64,000 nt of DNA, from the NCBI GenBank assembly GCA_964270895.1, contig OZ185438.1; one strand, 5' to 3'. A program made the position numbers and the translations under genes. Shown here piece by piece: positions 63,962-64,000 of this stretch (its first letter is position 1; every line of letters starts with the position of its first letter). The DNA comes from Podarcis filfolensis (lineage: Eukaryota). The notes under the pieces were generated by a model. That model did not search any database, was not told where the DNA came from, and was given only the letters and a program-made list of their open reading frames with translations.

Positions 63962-64000
63962 CTGAATATCTTTAGTTTCAAAATAGATGATTGTGGAAAT

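Noticed and set aside
63320-63981. ORFs of 76-136 aa near the window end
   Set aside because: They lie inside the solo LTR and show no gag, pol or env motifs.
1-64000. CRISPR array, operon, phage or other prokaryotic defence system
   Set aside because: There are no regularly spaced repeat-spacer units and no dense ORFs. Repeat content identifies this as squamate nuclear DNA.

Overview
This is AT-rich vertebrate genomic DNA, not a prokaryotic window. The repeat complement points to a squamate reptile, most likely a lacertid lizard: five Sauria SINEs, CR1/L2/L1/BovB LINE fragments, several tRNA-derived SINEs, and hAT- and Tc1/mariner-type MITEs. The window looks intronic/intergenic and contains one 154-N assembly gap (29372-29525). 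Well-supported features are almost all transposable elements and microsatellites. The most informative are a decayed near-full-length pogo/Tigger transposase with a nested MITE fragment (18.4-20.6 kb), a young 5'-truncated CR1 (11 kb), an L1 3' end (2.6-3.5 kb), and a 782-bp solo LTR with recognisable promoter architecture (63.2-64.0 kb). I could not recognise any host gene. A few splice-signal-bounded candidate exons exist on both strands and are reported at low confidence. Most supplied ORFs are chance ORFs or antisense readings of repeats. There is no CRISPR array, rRNA or true tRNA gene. The sequence alone does not support a previously undescribed biological system; the best leads are the unassigned candidate exons and an RFX X-box-like motif. 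Repeat family names come from recalled consensus similarity, not from a database search.
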